Sequence record: SRR22947725_485 | Direction: 5' to 3' (one strand) | Length of the DNA: 21,069 nucleotides | Part shown: positions 1 to 8,168 of the stretch, one piece after another | Position numbering within the stretch: position 1 is the stretch's first letter | Layout of the letters: every line of letters starts with the position of its first letter | Program-made: the position numbers and the translations under genes | The notes under the pieces: model-generated | The model's input: the letters and a program-made list of their open reading frames with translations, nothing else | Told to the model about the DNA's origin: nothing | Database searches by the model: none

Positions 1-1334
1 CAATTAGGAGAGCTCTTGATGAGGGTGCTGACATCATTATTACCGGAAGATGTGTTGATAGTGCTGTAACTTTAGGTCCATTAATGTATGAGTTTGGATG
101 GAAATCAACAGACTATGACCTGCTTGCTGCCGGTAGTTTAGCTGGTCACATTATTGAATGTGGAGCTCAATGCAACGGAGGTAATTTTACAGATTGGCAT
201 TTAGTTAAAGATTTTGATAACATTGGCTTTCCAATAATTGAAGTAGTTTCAAATGGAGATTTTACAGTTTCTAAACCTGAAAATACTGGGGGCCTTATAT
301 CATTTGGAACCGTAGCAGAACAGTTTTTATATGAAATAGGAGACCCAGGATCATACATTTTACCTGATGTTGTTTGTGACTTCAGAGATGTAACAATTAA
401 AGAAATTGAGAAAGATAAAGTCTTTGTTAGTGGAGCTATAGGTAAGCCACCAACAGAAACATATAAAGTTTCAGCAACATATCTTAATGGATATAGAACC
501 CAAGCATCTGTTGTAATAGGTGGAATCAATGCAGCTCAAAAAGCAAAAATAACCGCTGATGCAATTCTTAAGAAGGTATCAAGGATGTTAAAAGATAGCG
601 GTATGCAAGATTTTTCAGATAAAAAAGTATCAATTATTGGTACCGAAGCAATGTATGGAAATAATTCTCAACAACTAAATACTAGAGAAGTTTTATTGAG
701 AATAATAGCTACTCATTCACAAAAAGAGGCATTAGTTTTGCTATCTAGAGAAATTGCTCAAGGTTCAACTGGAATGACTCCAGGGTTTATAAATATGCTT
801 GGAGCCAGACCTTCAGTATCTCCGTCAATAAAACTATTTTCATTTCTTTTATTGAAAAAAGAAGTAAACATATCAGTTGAAATTGATAATAATAATATGG
901 AAATACTTATTGATAATAATTATGACGATCATGTTGAATTAACAAAGGAAATTGTTCATAGTTCATTAGATAATAAATCACTTACAAATGAGGTGCCTTT
1001 ATATAAACTCGCTTTTGCAAGAAGTGGAGATAAGGGAGATCATTGTAATATTGGAGTTATTTCAAGAAAGCCTGAATATTTTTCATTTATAAAAAATTAT
1101 TTAACAAATCAGGTTGTTAAAAATTATTTTTCTCATGTTGCAAAAGGTGATGTGCATTGCTGGGAAGTTCCAGGAATCTGTGGACTTAATTTTTTATTGA
1201 AGCACTCATTGGGAGGAGGAGGTATGGCTAGCCTTAACATTGATTCACAAGGAAAGGCATATGCCCAACAGCTTCTAGATATAAAGGTTCCAGTATCAAA
1301 AGAAATATATAATGAGTTATTAAAGAGGAAATAA
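1..1334 (+). CDS. atuA: Acyclic terpene utilisation AtuA-family protein (DUF1446), 5'-truncated by the window edge
   Basis: The frame is open from base 3 (IRRALDEGADIIITGRCVDSAVTLGPL) into the 84..1334 ORF. AtuA-like motifs: GADIIITGRCVDSA, LAAGSLAGHIIECGAQCNGGNF, EQFLYEIGDP, C-terminal ARSGDKGD and LGGGG. Directly upstream of atuC/E/D-like genes. Confidence 0.9.
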   Translation, partial: IRRALDEGADIIITGRCVDSAVTLGPLMYEFGWKSTDYDLLAAGSLAGHIIECGAQCNGGNFTDWHLVKDFDNIGFPIIEVVSNGDFTVSKPENTGGLISFGTVAEQFLYEIGDPGSYILPDVVCDFRDVTIKEIEKDKVFVSGAIGKPPTETYKVSATYLNGYRTQASVVIGGINAAQKAKITADAILKKVSRMLKDSGMQDFSDKKVSIIGTEAMYGNNSQQLNTREVLLRIIATHSQKEALVLLSREIAQGSTGMTPGFINMLGARPSVSPSIKLFSFLLLKKEVNISVEIDNNNMEILIDNNYDDHVELTKEIVHSSLDNKSLTNEVPLYKLAFARSGDKGDHCNIGVISRKPEYFSFIKNYLTNQVVKNYFSHVAKGDVHCWEVPGICGLNFLLKHSLGGGGMASLNIDSQGKAYAQQLLDIKVPVSKEIYNELLKRK

Positions 1335-1335
1335 T

Positions 1336-2961
1336 ATGTCAAAAGAATTCAAATCTAAAATTGATGTTCAATCAGAAAGTTTTTTAAAAAATCGTGCAGA
1401 GATGCTTAAAAAAATTAAAGAAATGCGAAATTTAGAAAAAAGAAGCTTTAATGCATCTGAAAGTAAAAGAAAAAAATTTGAAGATAGAAATCAACTTACT
1501 CCCAGAGAAAGATTGAATGCTCTAATTGACCCCGATTCAGAATTTATAGAACTATATAATATGGCTGGATTTTTAGTTGAAGATAATAATCCTGAAACCA
1601 GCATTCCTGGTGCAAGCGTAATAGCAGGAATAGGATTTATTAAAGGTGTTAGATGTATGATTATGGTTGACGACAGTGGAATAAATGCAGGTGCAGCGAC
1701 TAGCACAACTGTAGATAAATGTGTCGGGTGTTTAGAAATTTCTCTTGAAAAGAAATTACCATTTGTTCACTTAGTTGAAAGTGCTGGTATTAATCTTATG
1801 AATTATAAAGTTGAAATTTGGGCAAGAGCAGGAGGAATGTTTGCAGGTTTAGCTAAGTTAAGCGCAGCCGGAGTACCTACGATTACTATTTTACATGGTC
1901 TTTCGACTGCAGGTGGAGCTTATAATGTCGGTATGAGTGACTATGTAATTGGAGTTAAGAAAAATGGAATGGCTGCTTTAGCTGGCCCAGCTTTATTAAA
2001 GGCTGCAACAAATGAAGTTGCATCAAATAAAGAGTTGGGTGGTTCTGAAATGCACGCTACAGTATCAGGATTGGTTGAATATCTTGCTGAAGATGATTCA
2101 GATGCTATTGACATCGCAAGAAATGTTGTTAACGCTTTAGATTGGAATTCTGGGTTTTCAACTATAAAGGATAATGATTATATAGAACCGAAGTATGATA
2201 TCGATGAAATAGCCGGTATAGTGAATTTAGATTATAAAAAACCATATGATGCGAGAGAGATAATTTTAAGATTAGTTGATGATTCAAGCTTTATAGAATT
2301 TAAACCCAGATATGGTATTACAACTCTTTGCTTTCAGGCTGATATAAATGGAAATTCTTGTGGAATTATTGCTAATAATGGACCTATTGATACAGATGGT
2401 GCAACTAAATCAGCGCAATTTTTTCAGTTATGTGACAAATCTGATATACCTATAATTTTTTTGAATAATGTTACAGGATTTATGGTAGGAAAGAAATATG
2501 AGCAGGCAGGTATGATCAAACACGGTTCAAAAATGATACAAGCTGTTACAAATATTACCGTACCTAAGATTTCGCTTTATGTTGGTGCAAGTTTTGGTGC
2601 AGGTAATTATGGAATGTGTGGCTATGCTTATGATCCAGATTTTTTATTATCATGGCCAAATGCGGTCACGGGAGTAATGGGAGGCCAGCAGGCTGCATCA
2701 ACAATGGCACAAGTTATTGTCGCAGCTGCTAAGAAGCGTGGGGATAGCTTTGACCAAGAACAAATTGATCAAAAACAAAAAGAAATTTCAAAGCATTTTG
2801 ATAATCAATCTAGCGCATTCTACACTTCAGGGAGATTACTAGATATGGGAATAATTGATCCAAGAGAGACTAGAAAGGTTTTAGCCTTTTTACTTCAAAC
2901 TTGTAAGGAGTCAAAAGCTAGAAAATTAAAGTCCAACACTTTTGGCATTGCGAGAATGTAA
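1336..2961 (+). CDS. atuC: Acyl-CoA carboxylase carboxyltransferase (beta) subunit, geranyl-CoA carboxylase AtuC-like
   Basis: 541 aa. QLTPRERLNALIDP, HGLSTAGGAY, LAGPALLKAAT, GFMVGKKYEQAGMIKHGSKMIQAV, SFGAGNYGMCG and C-terminal FGIARM fit the AtuC/MccB family. Context next to atuA favours AtuC. SD-like GAGG upstream. Confidence 0.88.
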   Translation: MSKEFKSKIDVQSESFLKNRAEMLKKIKEMRNLEKRSFNASESKRKKFEDRNQLTPRERLNALIDPDSEFIELYNMAGFLVEDNNPETSIPGASVIAGIGFIKGVRCMIMVDDSGINAGAATSTTVDKCVGCLEISLEKKLPFVHLVESAGINLMNYKVEIWARAGGMFAGLAKLSAAGVPTITILHGLSTAGGAYNVGMSDYVIGVKKNGMAALAGPALLKAATNEVASNKELGGSEMHATVSGLVEYLAEDDSDAIDIARNVVNALDWNSGFSTIKDNDYIEPKYDIDEIAGIVNLDYKKPYDAREIILRLVDDSSFIEFKPRYGITTLCFQADINGNSCGIIANNGPIDTDGATKSAQFFQLCDKSDIPIIFLNNVTGFMVGKKYEQAGMIKHGSKMIQAVTNITVPKISLYVGASFGAGNYGMCGYAYDPDFLLSWPNAVTGVMGGQQAASTMAQVIVAAAKKRGDSFDQEQIDQKQKEISKHFDNQSSAFYTSGRLLDMGIIDPRETRKVLAFLLQTCKESKARKLKSNTFGIARM

Positions 2962-2962
2962 A

Positions 2963-3769
2963 ATGGCAGTAGATAGAAAATTTAATAATATCAGCATTTT
3001 TAATTTTAATGAATCTTGGGTGAATGTCGAATTTAATGATCCTTCATCGAAAAATGCATTGTCAGAAAATATGATAAATGAATTAAATAATTTTCTTGAC
3101 CAAATAGAAAGTAGTGATAAAATAAGAGGTATCTCCTTCAAAGGATCAAATGGAATGTTTTGTTCGGGAGCGAACTTGAAAGAGATTAATGAAATCTTTG
3201 AATCAAGCGACCCCAAAGTTAAAGCCCATGATATTTCAACAAGTATTGGAAAACTTTTAAAAAGAATTCAGTTACTACCGCAGGTAACAATAATGGTTGT
3301 TGAAGGTGCAGCTATGGCTGGTGGTTTCGGAATTATGTGTGCAGGAGATATTTCAATAGTTCATTCTAAAGCCAAATTTTCTTTAACAGAAACTATGATA
3401 GGATTAACGCCAGCACAAATATCTCCTTATGTTATTAAAAAAGCAGGTTTTGCTAACGCAAAAAAATTAATGATAACAGCTGAAAGATTTACTGGAGCTG
3501 AGGCAAAAGAGTACAAACTTGCTGATTATTTATTTAATTCAACGGATGAATTAAATGAAATTGAAAAAAAATTGAAAAAAAAAATTCTTCATTGTGCGCC
3601 AAAAGCGATTATCGAAACAAAAAAAATTCTTGATATAGCATTTGAAAGAATTAATCAAGATTTTATCGATTATGCTAGTAAAAACTTTGTCGATCAGATT
3701 GTTGATGGCGAAGGAAGAGAAGGAATATTATCTTTTGTTGAAAAAAGAGAACCTAATTGGAAAAAGTAA
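2963..3769 (+). CDS. atuE: Enoyl-CoA hydratase/isomerase (crotonase), isohexenylglutaconyl-CoA hydratase AtuE-like
   Basis: Crotonase motifs KNALS, FCSGANL, VEGAAMAGGFG, FSLTETMIGLTPAQISPYV and EGREGILSFVEKREPNW. The ATG at 2963, one base after the atuC stop, is preferred over the track's TTG at 2942. Confidence 0.8.
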   Translation: MAVDRKFNNISIFNFNESWVNVEFNDPSSKNALSENMINELNNFLDQIESSDKIRGISFKGSNGMFCSGANLKEINEIFESSDPKVKAHDISTSIGKLLKRIQLLPQVTIMVVEGAAMAGGFGIMCAGDISIVHSKAKFSLTETMIGLTPAQISPYVIKKAGFANAKKLMITAERFTGAEAKEYKLADYLFNSTDELNEIEKKLKKKILHCAPKAIIETKKILDIAFERINQDFIDYASKNFVDQIVDGEGREGILSFVEKREPNWKK

Positions 3770-3788
3770 AATTAATTAAGGAGATAAA

Positions 3789-4943
3789 ATGAAATTTACT
3801 GATGAGCACCATGCGCTTTATAAAACAGTTAAAGAATTTGGTGAAAAAGAAATTAAACCATTCAATGAAGAATGGGAAAAAGCTGGTATTTATCCTGCTA
3901 AGGAACTTTTTAAAAAAATGGCAGATTTAAACTTACTTGGTATAACAAAAAATCCTAATTACGGTGGAATGGGATTAGATTATTCTTATTCAATAGTATT
4001 TGCTGAAGCATTAGGGCATTCATGTAATGCATCCGTTGTTATGGGTATTGGTGTTCAAACAGATATGGCAACTCCAGCAATAGATAGATATGGTTCAGAT
4101 TTAATTAAAAAAGAATTTTTAGCACCATCAATTTCAGGTGATTATGTTGCATCGGTTGCTGTTAGCGAACCAAATAGTGGTTCGGATGTGGCGTCAATTA
4201 AAACTTCTGCAAAAAAAGATGGAGATGACTACATAATCAATGGACAAAAGATGTGGATTACAAATTCTACACAAGCTAACTATTTTTGTACATTGGTAAA
4301 TACGAGCAATGATCAACCTCATAAAAATAAATCATTAATTGTTATACCTGCTGATACTCCAGGTGTAAGTGTTGGAGAAAAAATAGATAAGATTGGAATG
4401 AGATCTTCAGATACAGCTCCTGTATATTTTGACAATGTAAGAGTGCCTCAATCATTTAGAATTGGTGATGAAGGATTAGGATTTACCATGCAAATGCAAC
4501 AGTTTCAGGAAGAAAGGTTATTCATTGCTGCTTCAACATTAATTGCAACGGAAAATTGTATTACAGATACTATTGAGTACTGTAAAGAAAGAAAAGCTTT
4601 CGGTAAACCTCTATTGGATAACCAGGTAATACACTTTAAGCTAGCAGAACATCAAACAGAGCTAGAATCTTTAAGGGCATTAGTCTACAAAGCTTGTGAT
4701 AGGTTTGTTGATGGTAAAGATGTCACAATGCTTGCATCTATGGCAAAATTAAAAAGCGGGAGATTGATTAGAGAAGTATCGGATTCCTGTCTACAATTTT
4801 GGGGCGGTATGGGATATACAATGGAAAATCCAGTATCTCAGCAATTTAGAGATGGTAGATTACATTCTATTGGCGGTGGATCTGATGAAGTGATGTTACA
4901 AATTATTTCAAAATACATGAACACTCTTCCTAAAAAAAGCTGA
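3789..4943 (+). CDS. atuD: Acyl-CoA dehydrogenase, citronellyl-CoA dehydrogenase AtuD-like
   Basis: 384 aa. GGMGLDYSYSIV, IGVQTDMATPA, AVSEPNSGSDVA, NGQKMWITN, CLQFWGGMGY and SIGGGSDEVML. SD AAGGAG upstream. Lies in an atu cluster. Confidence 0.88.
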   Translation: MKFTDEHHALYKTVKEFGEKEIKPFNEEWEKAGIYPAKELFKKMADLNLLGITKNPNYGGMGLDYSYSIVFAEALGHSCNASVVMGIGVQTDMATPAIDRYGSDLIKKEFLAPSISGDYVASVAVSEPNSGSDVASIKTSAKKDGDDYIINGQKMWITNSTQANYFCTLVNTSNDQPHKNKSLIVIPADTPGVSVGEKIDKIGMRSSDTAPVYFDNVRVPQSFRIGDEGLGFTMQMQQFQEERLFIAASTLIATENCITDTIEYCKERKAFGKPLLDNQVIHFKLAEHQTELESLRALVYKACDRFVDGKDVTMLASMAKLKSGRLIREVSDSCLQFWGGMGYTMENPVSQQFRDGRLHSIGGGSDEVMLQIISKYMNTLPKKS

Positions 4944-4945
4944 TC

Positions 4946-5038
4946 AGCAAACTAAAAAACTACTTCAGGGTAAAGCTCTTCGTCAGATGGGATTATAGAA
5001 ATGGCAGAGGAGCAAACTAAAACCTAACCAAGGGTAAA
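4946..5038. repeat. Two-copy imperfect direct repeat (29/28 bp, 65-bp period)
   Basis: AGCAAACTAAAA-AACTACTTC-AGGGTAAA at 4946-4974 and AGCAAACTAAAA-CCTAACCA-AGGGTAAA at 5011-5038. The 12-bp and 8-bp blocks are identical and the copies are separated by 36 bp. Confidence 0.75.
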
Positions 5039-5103
5039 TGAAAGGAAATAAGAGGTAATTTTTAAATTTTAATCTGCTCCTCATTATAGTTAATGTTTTC
5101 TTT

Positions 5104-5132
5104 AAAAAAAGGTTCCCCCTTTTTCTTTTTTT
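5104..5132 (+). terminator. Possible weak intrinsic terminator of the atu transcript
   Basis: AAAAAGG (5106-5112), TTCCC loop, CCTTTTT (5118-5124), then C and a T7 run. The stem has only two G-C pairs. Confidence 0.35.
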
Positions 5133-5152
5133 ACTTATTATACAAACATGAT

Positions 5153-5226
<74 letters not shown>

Positions 5227-5260
5227 CTAACCTCCGATTTAAACAAAAGGACAGGCAAGT

Positions 5261-6466
5261 ATGAAATTATCAAAAATCATTCTTATTCTTATTTCAACAC
5301 TAATCTTAACTAATTGTAATGACAAAGAGGATTTATTGATGGAGAGAGCAAATGAATTAGCACAAAAATTTATTATTACTGATGGCCATATTGATCTCCC
5401 TTGGCGATTACATAAGGGTGGATATGAAGATATATCTGTAAGGACTCCAGGTGGAGATTTTGATTATATTCGTGCAAAAGAAGGTGGATTGGACGCTCCA
5501 TTCATGTCTATTTATGTACCAGCTACTTATCAAGTTACTGGTGGTGCAAAAGCAATGGCAGAGCAACTAATTCAATCTGTTGAAAGAATTACAATGGACC
5601 ATCCCGATAAATTTGAGATAGCTCATAATGTTGCAGATGCTGAAAGAATTATTAGTGGAGGAAAAATAGCACTTCCAATGGGTATGGAAAATGGAGCTCC
5701 GTTAGAAGGAGACTTATCAAATCTTAAATATTTTAGTGAAAGAGGGATTAGTTATATAACACTCACACATTCTGAAGATAATGATATTTGTGATTCTTCT
5801 TATAATCTCGGAGAAAGAACGCATCAAGGATTAAGTGATTTTGGTGCTCAGGTTGTAAAAGAAATGAATCGTGTTGGAATTATGGTTGATATTTCTCATG
5901 TATCAGACGATGCATTTTATCAAATAATGGATGCTACCGAAGTTCCTGCGATAGCCTCACATTCATCAGCTAGACATTTTACTCCAGGTTTTGAGCGTAA
6001 TATGAGCGATGATATGATCAAACGTCTTGCAGAGAATGGAGGAGTAATACAAATTAATTTTGGTTCATCCTTTGTTACAAAAGAATCACAGGATAAGCGC
6101 AGTAGAAATTCTGATGTAGTAAATCAATTTATGCAAGACAATAATCTTACATCTGACAATATGAAAGTTAAAGATTTTGCCAAGAAAGTCAATCAAGAGA
6201 ATCCTGTGTTCTGTGATGTAACCGATGTAGCAGACCATTTTGATCATGTAGTGAGCCTGGTTGGTATCGATCATGTTGCTTTTGGGTCAGACTATGATGG
6301 AGTAGGTGATACTCTTCCATATGGCTTGAAAGATCCTTCTGATTTTCCTAATCTAATATACCATTTATTGAAAAGAGGATATTCAGAAGAAGATATTGAA
6401 AAAATATGTTATAAAAATATTTGGAGAGTTTGGAAAGCTACAGAAGAGTTTGCTAAATCAAGTTGA
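5261..6466 (+). CDS. Membrane (renal-type) dipeptidase, peptidase M19, probable lipoprotein
   Basis: DGHIDLP, MGMENG, YITLTH, EMNRVGIMVDISH, IASHSS, HVAFGSDYDG and LLKRGYSEEDIEKI motifs. N-terminal hydrophobic signal ending LTNC (lipobox-like). Confidence 0.9.
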   Translation: MKLSKIILILISTLILTNCNDKEDLLMERANELAQKFIITDGHIDLPWRLHKGGYEDISVRTPGGDFDYIRAKEGGLDAPFMSIYVPATYQVTGGAKAMAEQLIQSVERITMDHPDKFEIAHNVADAERIISGGKIALPMGMENGAPLEGDLSNLKYFSERGISYITLTHSEDNDICDSSYNLGERTHQGLSDFGAQVVKEMNRVGIMVDISHVSDDAFYQIMDATEVPAIASHSSARHFTPGFERNMSDDMIKRLAENGGVIQINFGSSFVTKESQDKRSRNSDVVNQFMQDNNLTSDNMKVKDFAKKVNQENPVFCDVTDVADHFDHVVSLVGIDHVAFGSDYDGVGDTLPYGLKDPSDFPNLIYHLLKRGYSEEDIEKICYKNIWRVWKATEEFAKSS

Positions 6467-7201
6467 AACTTGTCTTAATCTTTCAAAAACTATAGCACTT
6501 ACAGCAGAAGAAACATTAAGAGAGTTCATTTGATTCGACATAGGGATTGTAGCGGTAAAATCAGAATTTTTTAATACTTGCTTGCTAACACCATTTCCTT
6601 CTCCGCCAAAGATTAATATTGAACGACCTTTTAAGTCTATTTTATACCAATCCTTAGCATCTATATTATTTTCAAAACTTGTAATCCAGAAATCATCTTT
6701 TTTGAAATGTGCAATAGCTTGATTGATATTTGTTACAGAATAAAGAGGAATTTTTGCAAAACCTCCTTGGCTTACCTGAGCTACAGCGCTAGTCATAGAT
6801 ACACTATTCCTTTCAGTGATAATAACTCCGTCTATACTCGCTCCAGCACAAATACGTAATATTTGACCTAAATTATGAGGATCTTGTACTTGATCTAGAA
6901 TGACATAACAAGAATTAGTTTTTTCTGTTTTTGGAAGAGATGAAAAGGTAGATACTTGAGCTTTTATTAATATTCCTTGAGATCTATTAGTATCAATTTT
7001 ATCTCTAAATCTATTTCCGTCTAATATATTTACCCTATCCTGAGACATCTTTCCACATAACGTTTTCACGTTATTATGATTGTATGCCGGAGAATCTTTT
7101 TCAACATAAACTTGTGTAACTTCAACAAGATTAGATTCCATAGCGTCGTGACAACCATTAATGCCATATATTGAAATACGATGTTTTGTAATTTTGTCCA
7201 T
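6458..7201 (-). CDS. rlmB: SpoU/TrmH-family rRNA 2'-O-methyltransferase (RlmB-like)
   Basis: SPOUT motifs ILDQVQDPHNLGQILR, IFGGEGNGV and IPMSNQMNSLNVSSA, plus an N-terminal IYGIN substrate-binding domain. 247 aa. Confidence 0.85.
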   Translation of the reverse strand: MDKITKHRISIYGINGCHDAMESNLVEVTQVYVEKDSPAYNHNNVKTLCGKMSQDRVNILDGNRFRDKIDTNRSQGILIKAQVSTFSSLPKTEKTNSCYVILDQVQDPHNLGQILRICAGASIDGVIITERNSVSMTSAVAQVSQGGFAKIPLYSVTNINQAIAHFKKDDFWITSFENNIDAKDWYKIDLKGRSILIFGGEGNGVSKQVLKNSDFTATIPMSNQMNSLNVSSAVSAIVFERLRQVST

Positions 7202-7231
7202 AAATTTTGCTTAAATTTAGGAAAAAAATTG

Positions 7232-7630
7232 ATGATAAAAATTAAAGAATCAGAATTACGCCTTTCTTTTATAAGATCTCGAGGTCCTGGAGGTCAAAAT
7301 GTAAATAAAGTTTCTACCGCTGTTCAATTAAAATATAATATTGTTAATGCTGAGATTCCCGATAAGATTAAAAAAAGATTTTTTGAACAATACAAAAATA
7401 AAATTTCAAAAAATGGCGACATAATTATTGTTGCACAATCTTATAGAACGCAAAATAAAAATAAAATAGATGCTATCAATAGGCTAGAAAGTTTATTTTC
7501 AGATATAAAAATTCCTATAAAGCGAATTCCTACGAAACCTTCTTGGAGTTCTCAAGTTAAAAGAGTGGAAAGTAAAAAAAAGAGATCAGTGTTGAAAAAA
7601 AATAGAAAAAAGGTTATGCTCAATGAGTAA
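7232..7630 (+). CDS. arfB: Alternative ribosome rescue peptidyl-tRNA hydrolase ArfB (YaeJ)
   Basis: FIRSRGPGGQNVNKVSTAVQL, RTQNKNKIDA and a basic C-terminal tail RIPTKPS...KKKRSVLKKNR. The ATG at 7232 has AGGA upstream and avoids overlapping rlmB. Confidence 0.92.
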   Translation: MIKIKESELRLSFIRSRGPGGQNVNKVSTAVQLKYNIVNAEIPDKIKKRFFEQYKNKISKNGDIIIVAQSYRTQNKNKIDAINRLESLFSDIKIPIKRIPTKPSWSSQVKRVESKKKRSVLKKNRKKVMLNE

Positions 7631-8168
7631 GTATATTATTATTTTATTTATATCATCTTTTTTGATAGCTCAAGGCGAAATTGAAAAAAAAGATTTTTCT
7701 ATTCCACCTCTATTGCAGGACGAAATGACAGATCTTGAATTGATGTTAGTTGCAAATATAAATACAAATGAAATTCTAAGTGAATTTTTAAAACTAAATG
7801 CAATTTCCAACTCAATGAAATTAAATGCACCAACATATGATCGTTTTGCTCGTAAAAATAATATTGGAATGTTGCTGCCGGTCAATACCTCATCTTCCCT
7901 TTATCTTGATGCAGGTATTCAAGGTTGGGTTGAAGCAAATAAGTATATTCAAGAAAATAATGATAGTTATTCCGTTGGATTTTTTGGAAGCACTGGAGAA
8001 AAATTTAGTTACTATAATTCAAGAAAAGGGTATGTAGATACTGATAATTATTTTAAAGATTCTTGGGACAAAAGATCCACCGATGATTACATCCGCTATA
8101 TGCACATATCGCCGTATATGCGCCATTCTGAAATAAACACTATATATGACCCAAATAGAACTCAATAA
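7623..8168 (+). CDS. Hypothetical exported protein
   Basis: 181-aa ORF overlapping the arfB stop and the murE start. Signal-peptide-like N-terminus MSKYIIILFISSFLIA-Q. No family recognised. Confidence 0.7.
   Translation: MSKYIIILFISSFLIAQGEIEKKDFSIPPLLQDEMTDLELMLVANINTNEILSEFLKLNAISNSMKLNAPTYDRFARKNNIGMLLPVNTSSSLYLDAGIQGWVEANKYIQENNDSYSVGFFGSTGEKFSYYNSRKGYVDTDNYFKDSWDKRSTDDYIRYMHISPYMRHSEINTIYDPNRTQ

Noticed and set aside
4944-4970. tmRNA tag-like sequence GCAAAC...AAAACTAC
   Set aside because: There is an immediate in-frame TAA and no tRNA-like tmRNA termini.
4929-4998. Frameshift at the A7 run extending AtuD with ADQQTKKLLQGKALRQMGL
   Set aside because: AtuD is already full acyl-CoA dehydrogenase length (384 aa) and ends at the normal family position, so no extension is needed.
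4946-5038. CRISPR mini-array (29-bp repeat plus 36-bp spacer has CRISPR-like periodicity)
   Set aside because: Only two copies, divergent in the middle, no third copy at the expected positions on either side, no recognisable CRISPR repeat termini and no cas genes in the window.
4946-5056. Tandem glycine riboswitch (GGAGCAAA...CAGGGTAAA loosely recalls its aptamer 3' segments)
   Set aside because: The GGAGA and CCGAAG core elements are missing, and the element lies downstream of a CDS and upstream of a tRNA rather than a glycine-related gene.
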